A stretch of DNA of 64,000 bases from Lama glama (Eukaryota), in assembly GCA_028534125.1 (NCBI GenBank), contig CM052816.1, forward strand, positions 98,396,001 through 98,460,000, written 5' to 3'. Below are positions 1 through 12,149 of this stretch, one piece after another. The notes under the pieces were generated by a model. It worked only from the letters and a program-made list of their open reading frames with translations, was not told the origin of the DNA and ran no database searches. The translations under genes were made by a program, and so were the position numbers. Each line of letters starts with the position of its first letter. Position 1 is the stretch's first letter.

Positions 1-135
1 CTTGTGTATAAAACTTCTTTATGTGTTCATTTAAATAACTTCCTTTATAAAGTGTCTTTTTACTTAATTAGAAAGTACAGAAAGGTGTAGTGACCTCATC
101 ACTCATTACGATTTTTAATATTTTAAATTAAAATC

Positions 136-187
136 TGAACATAGCATTGTAAATCAACTAGACTTCAATAAAAATAAATTAATTAAA
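136..187 (+). mobile_element. Extremely 5'-truncated LINE-1 3' end (lineage-type)
   Basis: 'aacatagcattgtaaatcaactagacttcaataaaaa' resembles the L1 3' termini seen elsewhere in the window. Flanked by near-repeats aaattaaaatc (125-135) and aaattaaactc (188-198), a possible TSD. Confidence 0.7.
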
Positions 188-590
188 AAATTAAACTCAA
201 AAAATTGAAATCTGGCTTTGACAAAGGGTTACTGGAAAGTTATTAACCTACTAAAAAATGTATATTTTGGTCTCCCATTTCCTTCTGTTTTATAATTCAT
301 GTGTTGTCATCAGATATGACAGGTATGATTTTCATCTTTGGACATTGATGTTCTCTGAGTGTATGAAGATAACTCGTCTATGCTTGTATGTTTACTGCAT
401 CTGTTAATTTCTGGGAAGTGTGATTTAAAAAAAAAAAAACTCCTGTAATGGCTATAGACTTGTTAATTTCTCTTTATTTTTTTCCCATCAGATCATGCTT
501 ATACAGAGTAGTAAATCCACAAGCTGCATAGAACTCTGAGGCTTGTCATTGGCGAGGGAAGATTGGCAAAGATACCAGTCACAACACAGA

Positions 591-785
591 CATTGACAAG
601 CCCCTTACTCTGTGGAAACACTGTTCTCAGGGGCGGCCTGTATGTGCTATTTAAGCCTTGCACACCACCACGGGGGAGGGAATTTTATCATCTCTACTTT
701 CCATTTGAGAAAATTAAGGTAGAGGAAGCTTAAATGCTGTATTCTTCATAGCACAGATGGTGAAGATCCTGGACTATCTCTGGTT
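591..785 (-). mobile_element. MIR SINE relic
   Basis: 'ttttatcatctctactttccatttgagaaaattaagg' resembles the reverse-complement MIR core (attatccccattttacagatgaggaaactgagg). Confidence 0.55.
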
Positions 786-2493
786 ATTAATCTTTCATCA
801 TTAATGCCCCTCATTAGTGACAGCATCTGTACAGTTTTTAGGTGAAATATTATGCTGATGCTTCCACCACAAATTTCTCTGGTGCTACAGCCAGCTCGAG
901 TGAGAAACACTCACTTATGTACATGAATTCTGGAGCCAACACACACAAACACAGACACTGCTGACCACAATACCATTTTGTATATATTATGATGTATGTC
1001 TGTATGTGTAAATATGTGAGTATTTATATGTAAAGATACTGGGTGTGGTCCTTGGTAGGGAGCCGGTGGACATCCCTACAGCTCTCTGCTGGGACTTGAC
1101 ACTTATCCTGGAGGAGGAAGGTCTGTGCCCTCAGAAGGGACAGCACAAGTGACAGTGTAAAGGAGTCACAAAACATAAAAACGACTCCCCAGAGCCATAT
1201 CAGATCTTAATGTGTCGCATAATCAGAGAACAGTTGCCCATCTATTCATGTACTCATTCGCATATTTGATCGGCGAGCTGTCTGCCAGGCTTTGGAACCA
1301 AGGGTGCGAAGGTGAGAGCACCAGTGCACCTGCTTTTGGGGGGCGCAGCCCTGCGCTTCAGTCATGGTCAAACACCTGCTGTGCAGAAGTGGTAAAAGGA
1401 AGAATTAAATCTAACTTGGGGCAGGGAAGGAATTCTGAACGATGTCCTAAAGAATAAAGAGCAATTTGGGGCGGGGGGTGCTCCACAGGGGAAGCCGCTT
1501 CCAGGGAAAAGTAAGCCATCCTGAGCAACACACCAGGAGCTGTGTCCTTGAAATCTGCCTCTCTTGTACTCAGCACATCCCTTCAATGCTTCTTCATGCT
1601 GCATTTCACTCCACAGAGGATGTTCTAAAAGCAAGTGCAATGCCCATTAAGAAGTAGCAGAGTTTGGGGGTGATCTGCAGGCAGTGAAGGCTGCTGTCTG
1701 TGTTCTACTTTCCTGGGCTCTGATAGAAAGACGGGACATCTTTAAAGTCTGGATCAGTGCTATAACAAGGAGATCTTTCAGGAAGTTTTCCATCTGCCTT
1801 GAAAGAACTTTAATTGTATTTTTTGAAAATAGTCACTCTGGGTTCTAGGCACCATAAAATCAAGTATCAGCAAAGTAATTTTGATGCTTTGACATATTTA
1901 TAGACCAAGAAGGGGTTCGCCAGGTCAACCTCTGTTTGATGGTGCCAGAAACGTGAGATATCACCATGTCTTTGCATATATATGGCTCATAGATGAGAAG
2001 CATGCTTTGCAAGTGAGTTTTACTAAAATGTATGGCTTTATTTTCACATTGAATGTTGACTGCTGGCTCTGAATTCCATTTTCATTACTGAAATGTTTAT
2101 ATGCTGTGTACACAGCTGCAAAGTGGTCCAAACTCTTCTCCCCTGTGGAAAGCATTAGTTTTTATATCACCACTAATAGCTTGATGATACCAATGGAATG
2201 GCATCTGTTTTCAGGCTTATATACATTTGACAAAGGGAGAGACAGAACATAAGTTTCCTCTTCTCGGCAAAAGGAATGACAAAAGCAGGGCAGTGCTTTC
2301 AGAATTGATCTGTTTCTTGATTATTCACAGGCTCGTCTCTACTCTTGCCTGATCTTCCGAACATCAAAGACGATAAAATGCGATGTAATGTTGAGTGTAA
2401 ATTAACTATGCAATAAACCCTTGCTTGTTCATCACACTGACTGAGGACTCACTGCAGTCTGACCAGAGCTGAGCTGAAACCTGCTCTCTGTTG

Positions 2494-2993
2494 NNNNNNN
2501 NNNNNNNNNNNNNNNNNNNNNNNNNNNNNNNNNNNNNNNNNNNNNNNNNNNNNNNNNNNNNNNNNNNNNNNNNNNNNNNNNNNNNNNNNNNNNNNNNNNN
2601 NNNNNNNNNNNNNNNNNNNNNNNNNNNNNNNNNNNNNNNNNNNNNNNNNNNNNNNNNNNNNNNNNNNNNNNNNNNNNNNNNNNNNNNNNNNNNNNNNNNN
2701 NNNNNNNNNNNNNNNNNNNNNNNNNNNNNNNNNNNNNNNNNNNNNNNNNNNNNNNNNNNNNNNNNNNNNNNNNNNNNNNNNNNNNNNNNNNNNNNNNNNN
2801 NNNNNNNNNNNNNNNNNNNNNNNNNNNNNNNNNNNNNNNNNNNNNNNNNNNNNNNNNNNNNNNNNNNNNNNNNNNNNNNNNNNNNNNNNNNNNNNNNNNN
2901 NNNNNNNNNNNNNNNNNNNNNNNNNNNNNNNNNNNNNNNNNNNNNNNNNNNNNNNNNNNNNNNNNNNNNNNNNNNNNNNNNNNNNNNNNNNNN
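2494..2993. other. Assembly gap (500 N)
   Basis: Run of N. Confidence 1.
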
Positions 2994-3789
2994 TCTCACT
3001 GATAATAAGGAGCTGTAAGAACCACTCGATTGATACGAGTATATCCAATATGCTATAAAAATCTACTGTGGTTCATACACAGCTATTTTAAATACACGGC
3101 TTGTAATCGTCCTTTGATCAAATACTCGAATATGCTGGGGTGTTTCTGCTGTACTAATAAAAAAGGACACCATGAAAATGTTTGCCTCTACATCCTCTGG
3201 AAATACTTCATAAAACCCCGTGCAGTAAAGACAGAGAAGGTGTGCTTCACCTGGGACACACGCCATGGCGAAGGGGGCCTGCCTGCCATCCCAGACGGAC
3301 AGGCGGCACCCCAGAGAGGCGAGGTGCTGCAGCACCAGGCACTCGGCCCCTGCTCGTGCCGCTTCCTGCCTGAACACACAGGAGACAGTGAAAATGGAAT
3401 CAGGTCTGTGAGGCTGAGAAACAGTTCTCCAGACAAATTACCTGTGAGCATACTTCATATGTTAAATTATTTCAGTATTAGGTACTGCTTCTGAATATTT
3501 CAGATTGCATTGTGGAGTAAAAACAGAACTCTAAATATCTAAATTTAGACCTTCCTGTTTTGAAACTGAGATGTTCTCATCACAAAACGTAGCGTGCTTT
3601 CTTGCCGTTAAGAAGGATTGCAGGATCTCTGTTTAGGGGTGCTGTAACTGTCTCCTGAATGTTACTGGAGAAGAGACTACGGTCCTGCATGACAACTGCT
3701 AACACTGGATGCTGGTCCTTGAGCCAGAGAACCACCCTTGTTCAAACAGCAGGGATCTGTATTGGCTGATATTAGTGAACCTCGCTGAA

Positions 3790-3995
3790 ATGACCTGGTA
3801 GGTGCCAGACACTTTTCAAAGATAATTGCACTTAACCATTGTAACAGATGCAGAAGGTCATTATTAGGGACCACTTTTCACAACAGGAGAAAAGGCACCT
3901 TGAGGAAGCTTATTTGCCCACTGAGGTCTCATAGGAAGGACACTGTCCTGATTGCATCCAACCCCAGATGACCTGAGAAGTTCAGATTCTGAGCT
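3790..3995 (-). mobile_element. MIR SINE relic
   Basis: 'gtgccagacactttt...ccacttttcacaacaggagaaa...atttgccca..ggtctcatag' follows the MIR reverse-complement layout. Confidence 0.45.
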
Positions 3996-4812
3996 CCTGG
4001 CCAAACATTGTATTTCCTTACCTTTGGGCACGAGATAAATGTCTTCTTATGGGATTGTTATGCTTACAGTCTTGTTAGAGGTCCTTAAAATGGTGTGTCC
4101 CAGGCTTAGTCTTGCAAGCAATTCAGCATCACCGAGCCCCCGTTGTGAGCTGGGAACATTCTCATACCAGCATTAAAGTACACGGTTCAAAACAGAAACA
4201 GACGCAGGACAGTCATGGTGTATGCTAAGAGAGGTACAAAGTGCTATGAATTCCCAGAAAGGAGTCTAGGCTGTAAAAGGAAAAGGGTGCTGGTGCACGG
4301 AGCGTGCTAACGAAGGCGGTGGGAGGCACTCTTCGTGAAGGACAATCACAGGCAAAATATGTTAGGAAAGAAAACACCTGCTTGCAAAGAGGTGCGAAGG
4401 AGTCTAGGCTGCAGATGGACCACTCATGAAAAATTAAAAAACCCAGGTATTTAAAATGTAGGAAATTAAAACTACCAAGTTTATCAATTCATAGTCTGAT
4501 CATGGTGGATAAATGGTAATTTTCTCAAGTAATTTCCACATTCTCATGGTTGTATCTTTAAACATTGGTATCATAATATTCAATGATAAAGTTGTTTCCA
4601 CTTAGGAGACAGTAACTTACAGGAAAGCTTCATTTTATCAGCTAGATTAGTGTTCTATAGAGTGTACCTGTTATTTTTTTATTTTATCTCAGGCTACAAA
4701 ATGTTTTGTCTCTGAATGTGGGATGTGTCATGAAAGCTCACAGACAAAGATAGCAAAACAAGGAGCCACTCAGGCACCACAGTCCCACGTTGTAGTCAGT
4801 TTTATTCACCTC

Positions 4813-5273
4813 TGTATCAGTTACCTATTGCTGCATAACAACCACGTCCAAAACCAGGGCTTTGGAACAAGAGTTATCTACCTTTCCTCACATGGCTGTG
4901 GGTCTTCCAGGGTTTTGTTGATCTACATTGGGCTTGTTAGGGATGCCTCTGCTTCAGGCATCAGATCTGGGATCCAGGTCTACCCACACCTCTTACTCTC
5001 AAGCCAAGGCTGAAAAGCGAGCAGCTACCCATGGGGACGTGTTCTAATGGCAATAGCAGAGACTCGACATGGTGAGTGGAAATGTGTGGGACCTTCCATG
5101 GCTTAGAATTAGAACACAGTCACTTCTGCTGACTGTTGCCATAAGGCAAAGCAAGGCACATGGCCAAGTCCAAAGAGAAGGGTCAGGGAAGTACAGGCTG
5201 TCTGTGATGAAGCCATGGAGGATATGCATGCATAGAGGGGTGAAGAGCTGGGGGCACCACGCAGTGCACCATA
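4813..5273 (-). mobile_element. Solo MaLR LTR (MLT1G/H-like)
   Basis: Starts tgtatcagttacctattgctgcataacaacca and contains 'gcaaagcaaggcacatggccaagtcc'. Flanked by a 5-bp TSD, acctc (4808-4812) and gcctc (5274-5278). Confidence 0.85.
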
Positions 5274-6574
5274 GCCTCTATTGTGTGGCACTGACTACAC
5301 CATTTTGTGATCCTCTGATTGTGTATGGCTAGTTTTATGATTTGCTTTACTTCCCACCTTTATATACTTGTTAGAAAAGATGCTTCTTAATACATTACGT
5401 GGTTTAGAAAGCTAAAGCTATACACCACTGAGACTAAGAATTAACTTCTTTGATGAGGCTTTGTCAACCCGTAGTTGTCAGAATTATTTTATTGCACTTG
5501 TGAATTAATCTACCAGATCAGACAGAAAGAAGCATCTAATCCATCACCACTATGTTTTTTCTTTAATATCTTCAAGAATAAGGGCACCTTCTTTCTCTGA
5601 GATACAAGATTTGTCAATCTCGCCACCTTGCCAGGAAGAAACAATGCTTGCTGTCATAAGGCCAGGATCCCTCGGGCTACAGAGCAGGCACCAGCCAGCA
5701 TTCCTGGGAAGCCTTCCCTGATGTCTTTCCACATCTGAGGAAGCATCCCAGTTCTGTATCTGCAGGCTGGTCGTAGCTAATGAGATAGGATTTGTGGCAT
5801 GGTCATGGTTAAAATTATGTTCTGTTAGAAAGGAGAAAGGACTGTTATTGACTCTACGTATATAACTACGGGACCAGGAAAAGCAAAAAGATTCAGGAAA
5901 GTTACTTGCATTATATTTCACCAGTGGCATCATTTTTAAAAAAGGTTTGTAGACACAAACAATTAATACACGTAAATATTTTCTATTAGAATCACAATAC
6001 TTCAGTGAGCTAACCATTTCCTAGCTTTTATGTAAGAAATTTCATAAGGTTTTTCTTCTTTTTCCTCAAATCTAAGAGATTAGTTGAAACAAGATATTAT
6101 TTATAGAAAGTTTCTTTCCAGTTTGTGTAACTATTGGCTGTTACATTGAGTGTTAGAAATAGATTAAGAAAAAACAAGATGGTTTCTCACATGCTCATTA
6201 AAAACAGAAATTTAATCATGATTAAATCCACTCTTTGAGTTCATTTCATCCTCTGTAATTTTTTTTTTGATGGTTCGTGTTAAACAGGTGACTTTCACCA
6301 AGTCATCCTTTCCTGAAAAGAGCCCTGGGAGTCCGGCTCAGTCCTGGATGAGACGTGATGGCCTGCAGGGCTCATTCCCCGGGCCAAGGTCAGCTTTCAC
6401 TGTGGCTCTGAGTCCCTGAGTAGAGTCTGTGTGGTAGGAATGGCCAGGAGCTCCTCAGAGTTTAGTCACTTACTGCAGTTTCTTGAAGTTCCCAGAAGAC
6501 TCAAGGTCTGCATGTCACATACAGCCAGGCCTTAAAACAAGTGTCAGGGAAATGAGGAAATCCCAGCTGACAAG

Positions 6575-6590
6575 GCTGAGTCAGCAAAAT
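6575..6590. promoter_or_regulatory. Palindromic MARE/ARE/AP-1 motif GCTGAGTCAGC with A-rich flank
   Basis: GCTGAGTCAGCAAAAT matches the Maf/CNC recognition element. Motif match only. Confidence 0.4.
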
Positions 6591-8973
6591 GGAACAGCTC
6601 TGGCAAACTGATGGCAGCGAAGGCGTCAGCATGGTGGGGAACGTGCGTCATCAAGTGAGGAGGATGAAACCAAAAGCTAATCTAAGACGGCGGATCGGGG
6701 AGGTTGGGGAGGACACTGACACACCTCCAGAATATCTCCATTTATGCCATCAGCCCTGCCGGCTGGTCCCTAGCCAGTGACAAGTGCACATGATACCCAA
6801 ACTGCAAAGGCCAACCTAACGTTAGTGACTATCTATTTATTCCTAATTAACCCAGAGAGCAGGTCCCACCTTTTGATGTGCCTGTTCCCTCAGTGTCAGT
6901 TCAATCAACAGTGGAGCTCCAACCACGGAGTGGAGCTAATTAAAATCTTGGAGCAGGACAAGTCGACCCGATTATGTCCAGCAAGCCTCCGTTAGTAGGA
7001 CCCAGCCAGCATCAGGAAAGCCCTTGCAAGAGTTAAAAAAGACATCTTAACAGTGTTACCCTTCTGAGGCTGGGGTGTCAACTTGGAACAAAAGACAATA
7101 AATATACGTAAGTCGTAAATACTTAAAGACAGGAAGTAATCAGTCTAGAATGAAGCAAAACAAAACTCCGCAGTGGGGAACCATCACTATTGGGGATTTT
7201 AGCTTAAAGAAAAGAAAGAAAGAAAAAGAATTTTGCTCAGAGATAGTTCACGAGTGCAGCAGAAAGTGTGGGCGTGAACCGCATAACTGGGTGGCCACAG
7301 GGCAGCGAGGAGCTGAGGCACAGGGCAGCTGCGCACTGCTGCCTGTTAAAGGCGGAGTCTGCACATCATTATGCGTATTCCAAGGTCCGTGTGCCATTTA
7401 CCAGCAAGGAAACCCAAATACCGGTTTTTCTTTTCTATGCCATCCGTGCGATCATTTGCAGACATGCTTTTACAAGTCCTTTTCTCATTTTATAATTATA
7501 CTCCTTGACCAAGAACAAACTTTGTCAAAATTTAAACACATTTCACTGCTCGTCTCGAATTTATTACTTGCAAGTGATATAAACCCAAACTTAATTCCCT
7601 TCATATTTCTCACACTTATTTTACACTGTCAAAAATGTCTTTTCTACCTTCTTTTCCATGATGGTACAACCATTTATATTTTAGTATAAAATTACACTGA
7701 TTTCACCCTGATGAACAAATATAACTGCCCCCTACAGTCACTGTCCTGTTGCCTGCAACGCTCTGAGCAGTTCACAGGAACATGCTTTCTTTAAAAGGTA
7801 TCAGTCATTGCAATTCAATTAATTTTAACAAAATTTTCACATATAATTTGAAATATTTTATAGGTAGAAAGATCACATGCTTGCTTTATGTTAAAGTCTA
7901 AGATACTTAGCAGTGTAAATTAATTGGAATTTTAATGAGAAATAAATCTAAATCTTGCATAAACTGGCATATGTTAGTAATATTAGAATTTATGCTCTGT
8001 TAAAATAGGAGGAAAGAAAAATATTAAAACTGAAATTATCACACTGGTCTGAAAATAGTTTTGTCAGCTATTTTTCCGTGCCGTCAACTTGCTTTGTCAA
8101 TTTTTTTTAAACTTTCTCATCTTGCAAATTATTCAGCAAGACCATTAACTAAACTCATGGCTAAACATTGTTTCCCTCTGATTTGATTAAATGCCTAAAA
8201 CTTCAAAAGGTGATAGTTTTGAGGCTTTCGATGTTCAACTTTTATCATTTTAATTTCTGGAAATTCTTGATGTCACTTAGATTTATATAAATGCTTAGAC
8301 ATATGTCTAACCTAACCGGAAGAGAAGCTCTGTTGAACGCAAGACATTTTACAGCCCACCTTTTTTCCTGAAGGTGGGAGAAGCTCTCAGTGTGTGCTTG
8401 CTCAGAAACACAGAGAATGGGGCCAACTCCTGGGCCGGCTGTGAGGCTCTGAGGCGTGTATGGACGACCGTGTCATGGCGTGTCATTCTGCACCCCTTGC
8501 CCAGCTGGACTGTGGGCTAAGCTAGGGCTGCAAATTTAAAGTTTATTCCCATACTCCACAGAATGACCTGAGCACCTGTGTGTCGGCATGAGGCTCCCCT
8601 GTGCTCTTTTGAGGGAGGAGAGAGAAATCTCTCCTTTGTGTTTCTTAGGAAGTCAGGATGTTCCATACGTACCAGAATCTGGCTTCCTAGTCTGTCCACA
8701 TTCCCTGCCAGCCACGGTGCTCAACACATTAAGGAGAACTCTCCTCTGTGTCTCTTCTTTGTTCTTCAAACCACATAAAAAACAGCTGCAAAGCTGCTTC
8801 CTCCCACCCCTGCCTCTCTTCCCTTTGTTGATAATGTGAATGAAAATGTCCCAGGTCATATCAGCAAACAAAGGATGCTGTGGCCGTCAAGTCAAGAACT
8901 ATGCCTTTCTGAAGGATGCATCCTTAGCGTGTGCACAAAATCATAGACTCCTGTGGCCAGTTTTCCTGAAATG

Positions 8974-8976
<3 letters not shown>

Positions 8977-9004
<28 letters not shown>
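8977..9004. repeat. (TG)14 microsatellite
   Basis: Read directly. Confidence 0.95.
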
Positions 9005-11139
9005 GAGTCAGGGAGAGTGAGCGAGACACTGCATAAACCAGCTGGCCAAGGAACCAGACTGGGTTATAGCTATAAACACATGATTTTAATAAAGGACAGG
9101 AAGGGGTTTTTATTAAATCTGTTTTTTCCACTTCGGCAATCAAAAAGAGAATTAGAAGCCTCAGCTGTATCACTCCACTCACAGGTCAAAAAAAAAAAAT
9201 CACGCAGACCTACAAGCTCGCTAGCTCATTACATCTGCAGAACTGACGGCACTTCCTTCATTCCAGAGGGAAGAAAAGTTTTCTTTCGCGGTGACTGGAT
9301 GTCAGGGAGACATGCTGAAAAGACAAGCAACATAGAGATTCTCCCTATTGTCAGAGGACAAGATAAACCAGTGATGCGGAGAGGGACAGAAATGACATCA
9401 TCCTTACAAAAATCGTATCTTGTGACCTGGTGGCCAGCAGACGTCTGTTTCAAATGCCAGAAGCTGTCAGAGTTCCAAGACCAAATGGCCAAAAAGCCAA
9501 ATGCACTCATGCACGTGTGCACACAGGTGTACACGCATGCAATCACCAGATACCGTACCATTTGCCACCCGACAGAAACTATCAGATGTCAGACTGTACA
9601 CACACCGAGTTGTGCCTGCACACACACCGAGAACGTGAGTGGCCGGGCTCAAATCAGAATCAGAGCCAGAGTGACTAAGAACCTGACTTTATCCAGAAAC
9701 GGAATAGAAAGAGTCAAAAAAGAAAAAAAAAAAAGACAGAGATGGATCTAAAGATATGAGATGGAGACGGGGCGGGGGGCAGAAAGAATAGAAATAAAAG
9801 CCTTTGAGAGCTGTGCGGGATTCTCCCTGGAAACTGAAAGAAAAAAATGTGTGACTGCTGGGGAAAAAAACAAACAGTGAGGTGCATTTCTGTGGTGGCA
9901 GAGGTTCAGTTCTTTGCAGTTTGGCTTGGCGGTCTCCGCTGGTGTGTCCACCTCGGCAGCTCTCAGCAGAAGCTCCACCTGGGAAAGAGGGACTCGGAAA
10001 GAAGCATTTCAGAAAAGCCACCCCAGAAGAGCTACCTGGAGAGGCAGGTGAAGGAGTCTCGTGTTCAGAGGCTTTGCTTGTTCAGTTCTAAGGATAAAAT
10101 AACCGACAGGCGCAGAACAGAAGGGAGGCCCACGAGGCTGTCCGGGTTACAAGCCCACAGTTCATCTTTCCCTGATGGAAAAACAGCCGTTCCCTCCCCT
10201 GCTTGTCAGGCATGGGGAGGACCTAGAAGCATCTGCTGTCGTTGCCGAAGTCGGGTTTGGCAGGGTTGTCCTCTGAGAGCGAGAGGCTGAAAGGAGTGCT
10301 CCTGTTTCCGGGGACCAGAACCTGACAGGACGGCCTCGTGTGTTTTCCAGGGATTTGTGTTTGTTTGTTCTGTTGCCTACATGGGAGGCGCTGCATGTCC
10401 ACTCCTGTACGGTGGCCACACGGAGAAGGGTTGGTTTTGCTTCCACAACAGGAAACCAGAAAGGCAGGTGGAACCAAACCAGGGTGGAGCATGAGGACCA
10501 GGTTGGCACACCTGCTCCCAAGAGGGAGGCTTGGAGCAGAACGGACATTCTGCTTGTTAAAGGGCCCACAGGCTGGGTGACGATAAGCTATGACCCCTGG
10601 GTTCGCAGGCAGGCGTGGTTGATCTTCTACAAACACCGAGTTTTACTGATTGAGACAGAGTCGTAAAGATGCTCTAACAGAAGCTCCCGGCTCAGGCAAG
10701 AATGTTCTCTTCCTATGCTGAAGGCTAAATGCAGCCAAAGCTGAGGGGACAGGAAAACAGCCTCAGAAGCCGTTTCCCCTGGGTCACCCCCACCTGGCTG
10801 GGAAGAGACCTGCGTCTCTCAGACGTTACAGCTTCACAGGTCCCACGGGAGGACAGCTGGTGAGCACGGGAGACCGGGTCTCACTAAGAGTGGACTCCGT
10901 TTCAGATGCTGAGAATACTGAACAGACTCCACCCCCTTCCCAAATCTGTGATGGTTTACATCAATCAAGCTGCCAATCAGAATCTTACCATGTATCAATT
11001 TTTTTTGCAAACTAATTAAGCATACTGCTAAATGTACCCCACCACCAAATGAACTTTTCTATGTGGATATTCCATCCATCTCCATGGACTGAAGTGGAGA
11101 TTAGAAAAAGTGATTCTCTAGCCCATAAAATAAAACAGA

Positions 11140-11440
11140 TTACATGACATGCAGTCAAAACAAAGCGGAGTGATGACGCCACTGAGCAAATTCATTGTTT
11201 AGTTCGATCAGGATCCTCCTAGACTGAAAAGGAAAGGTTCAGTGTTGAACTTTCGTAATCTTGATTTACGACGCTCCTCGGCCCTACAGAGGAGTTCTCG
11301 CCATTTGTTAACGGTATCTCCACAGCATAAATAATCTCTGTTTACGCTGTGGGGTCTCCGGGGAAAACTGGCTTGCCACATTATTTTATGAGGACTAACA
11401 GAGCAGCAATATTAATTACAAACAAAAATCATCTTGGTAC
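11140..11440. promoter_or_regulatory. Candidate developmental enhancer (PBX-HOX, SOX, FOX and nuclear-receptor motifs)
   Basis: TGATTTACGAC 11262-11272, GGTTCA-n4-TGAACT 11236-11251, CATTGTT 11193-11199, TGTTTAC 11339-11345, TTTTATGA 11384-11391, in non-repetitive sequence. Confidence 0.35.
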
Positions 11441-12149
11441 TAACTCATGGATGATTTCCACCCCCGGGGCCACACTGTACCTTTGTGGACCCCAGGAGAT
11501 GCCGTCCTGTTCCTTTCACTCCAAAATAATATTGTCACTTCCAAGTCAGAAGCAAAATCGTGGCAACGTGCTTCTCTGCATCAGGTCACTCAGTGTATGA
11601 ATACAGTGTTATCTCCGAGGACCACCAAGACCTCTGGGATATTCAATATTTTATTTATAAGCCTGTCACTTCCAGTATCAAAAAAGCCTAATGGAATGGA
11701 CCATTGGATAGTCACCACGCGTGGGGGTTACCGAGACCTGGGCGCCCGTGCTTGCAGGCTTCCATTTGACATGAGTGAATTCTTGCTGAGTTTGCCAGCG
11801 GGTCTGGGTCTCCATGCACACGAGGGCGGTTCCCTGCTCCCTGTGATGGAGTGTTGGCACTGCTGGACGTCTGGGTAGGTTATTCCTGCTGCCGATATTG
11901 AGCCTGTCTGGTTTGCGTCTGGAGAACATAAAACAAGGCATCATATTCCGTCTTCCGTCACATTTTTACATCGTTAAAACTTCCTTTTAGAATGTTAAAT
12001 CTCAAAGCTTTAAATACACATTCTTCTTTGTGATTCCAAGTCCTTCAGGTTGATGTTAGTCCTGACATTAACTCTGTGAGATTGACCACAAAAGGGATTC
12101 CCAAGGAAACACACGTGTCTCCTGTGTCTCCGCCACAGTGGGAACTAGT

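Noticed and set aside
2406..3048. Long ORFs of 175-199 aa
   Set aside because: Artefacts of the N gap.
7150..7689. 179-aa ORF
   Set aside because: No recognisable domain, heterogeneous composition and no clear splice support.
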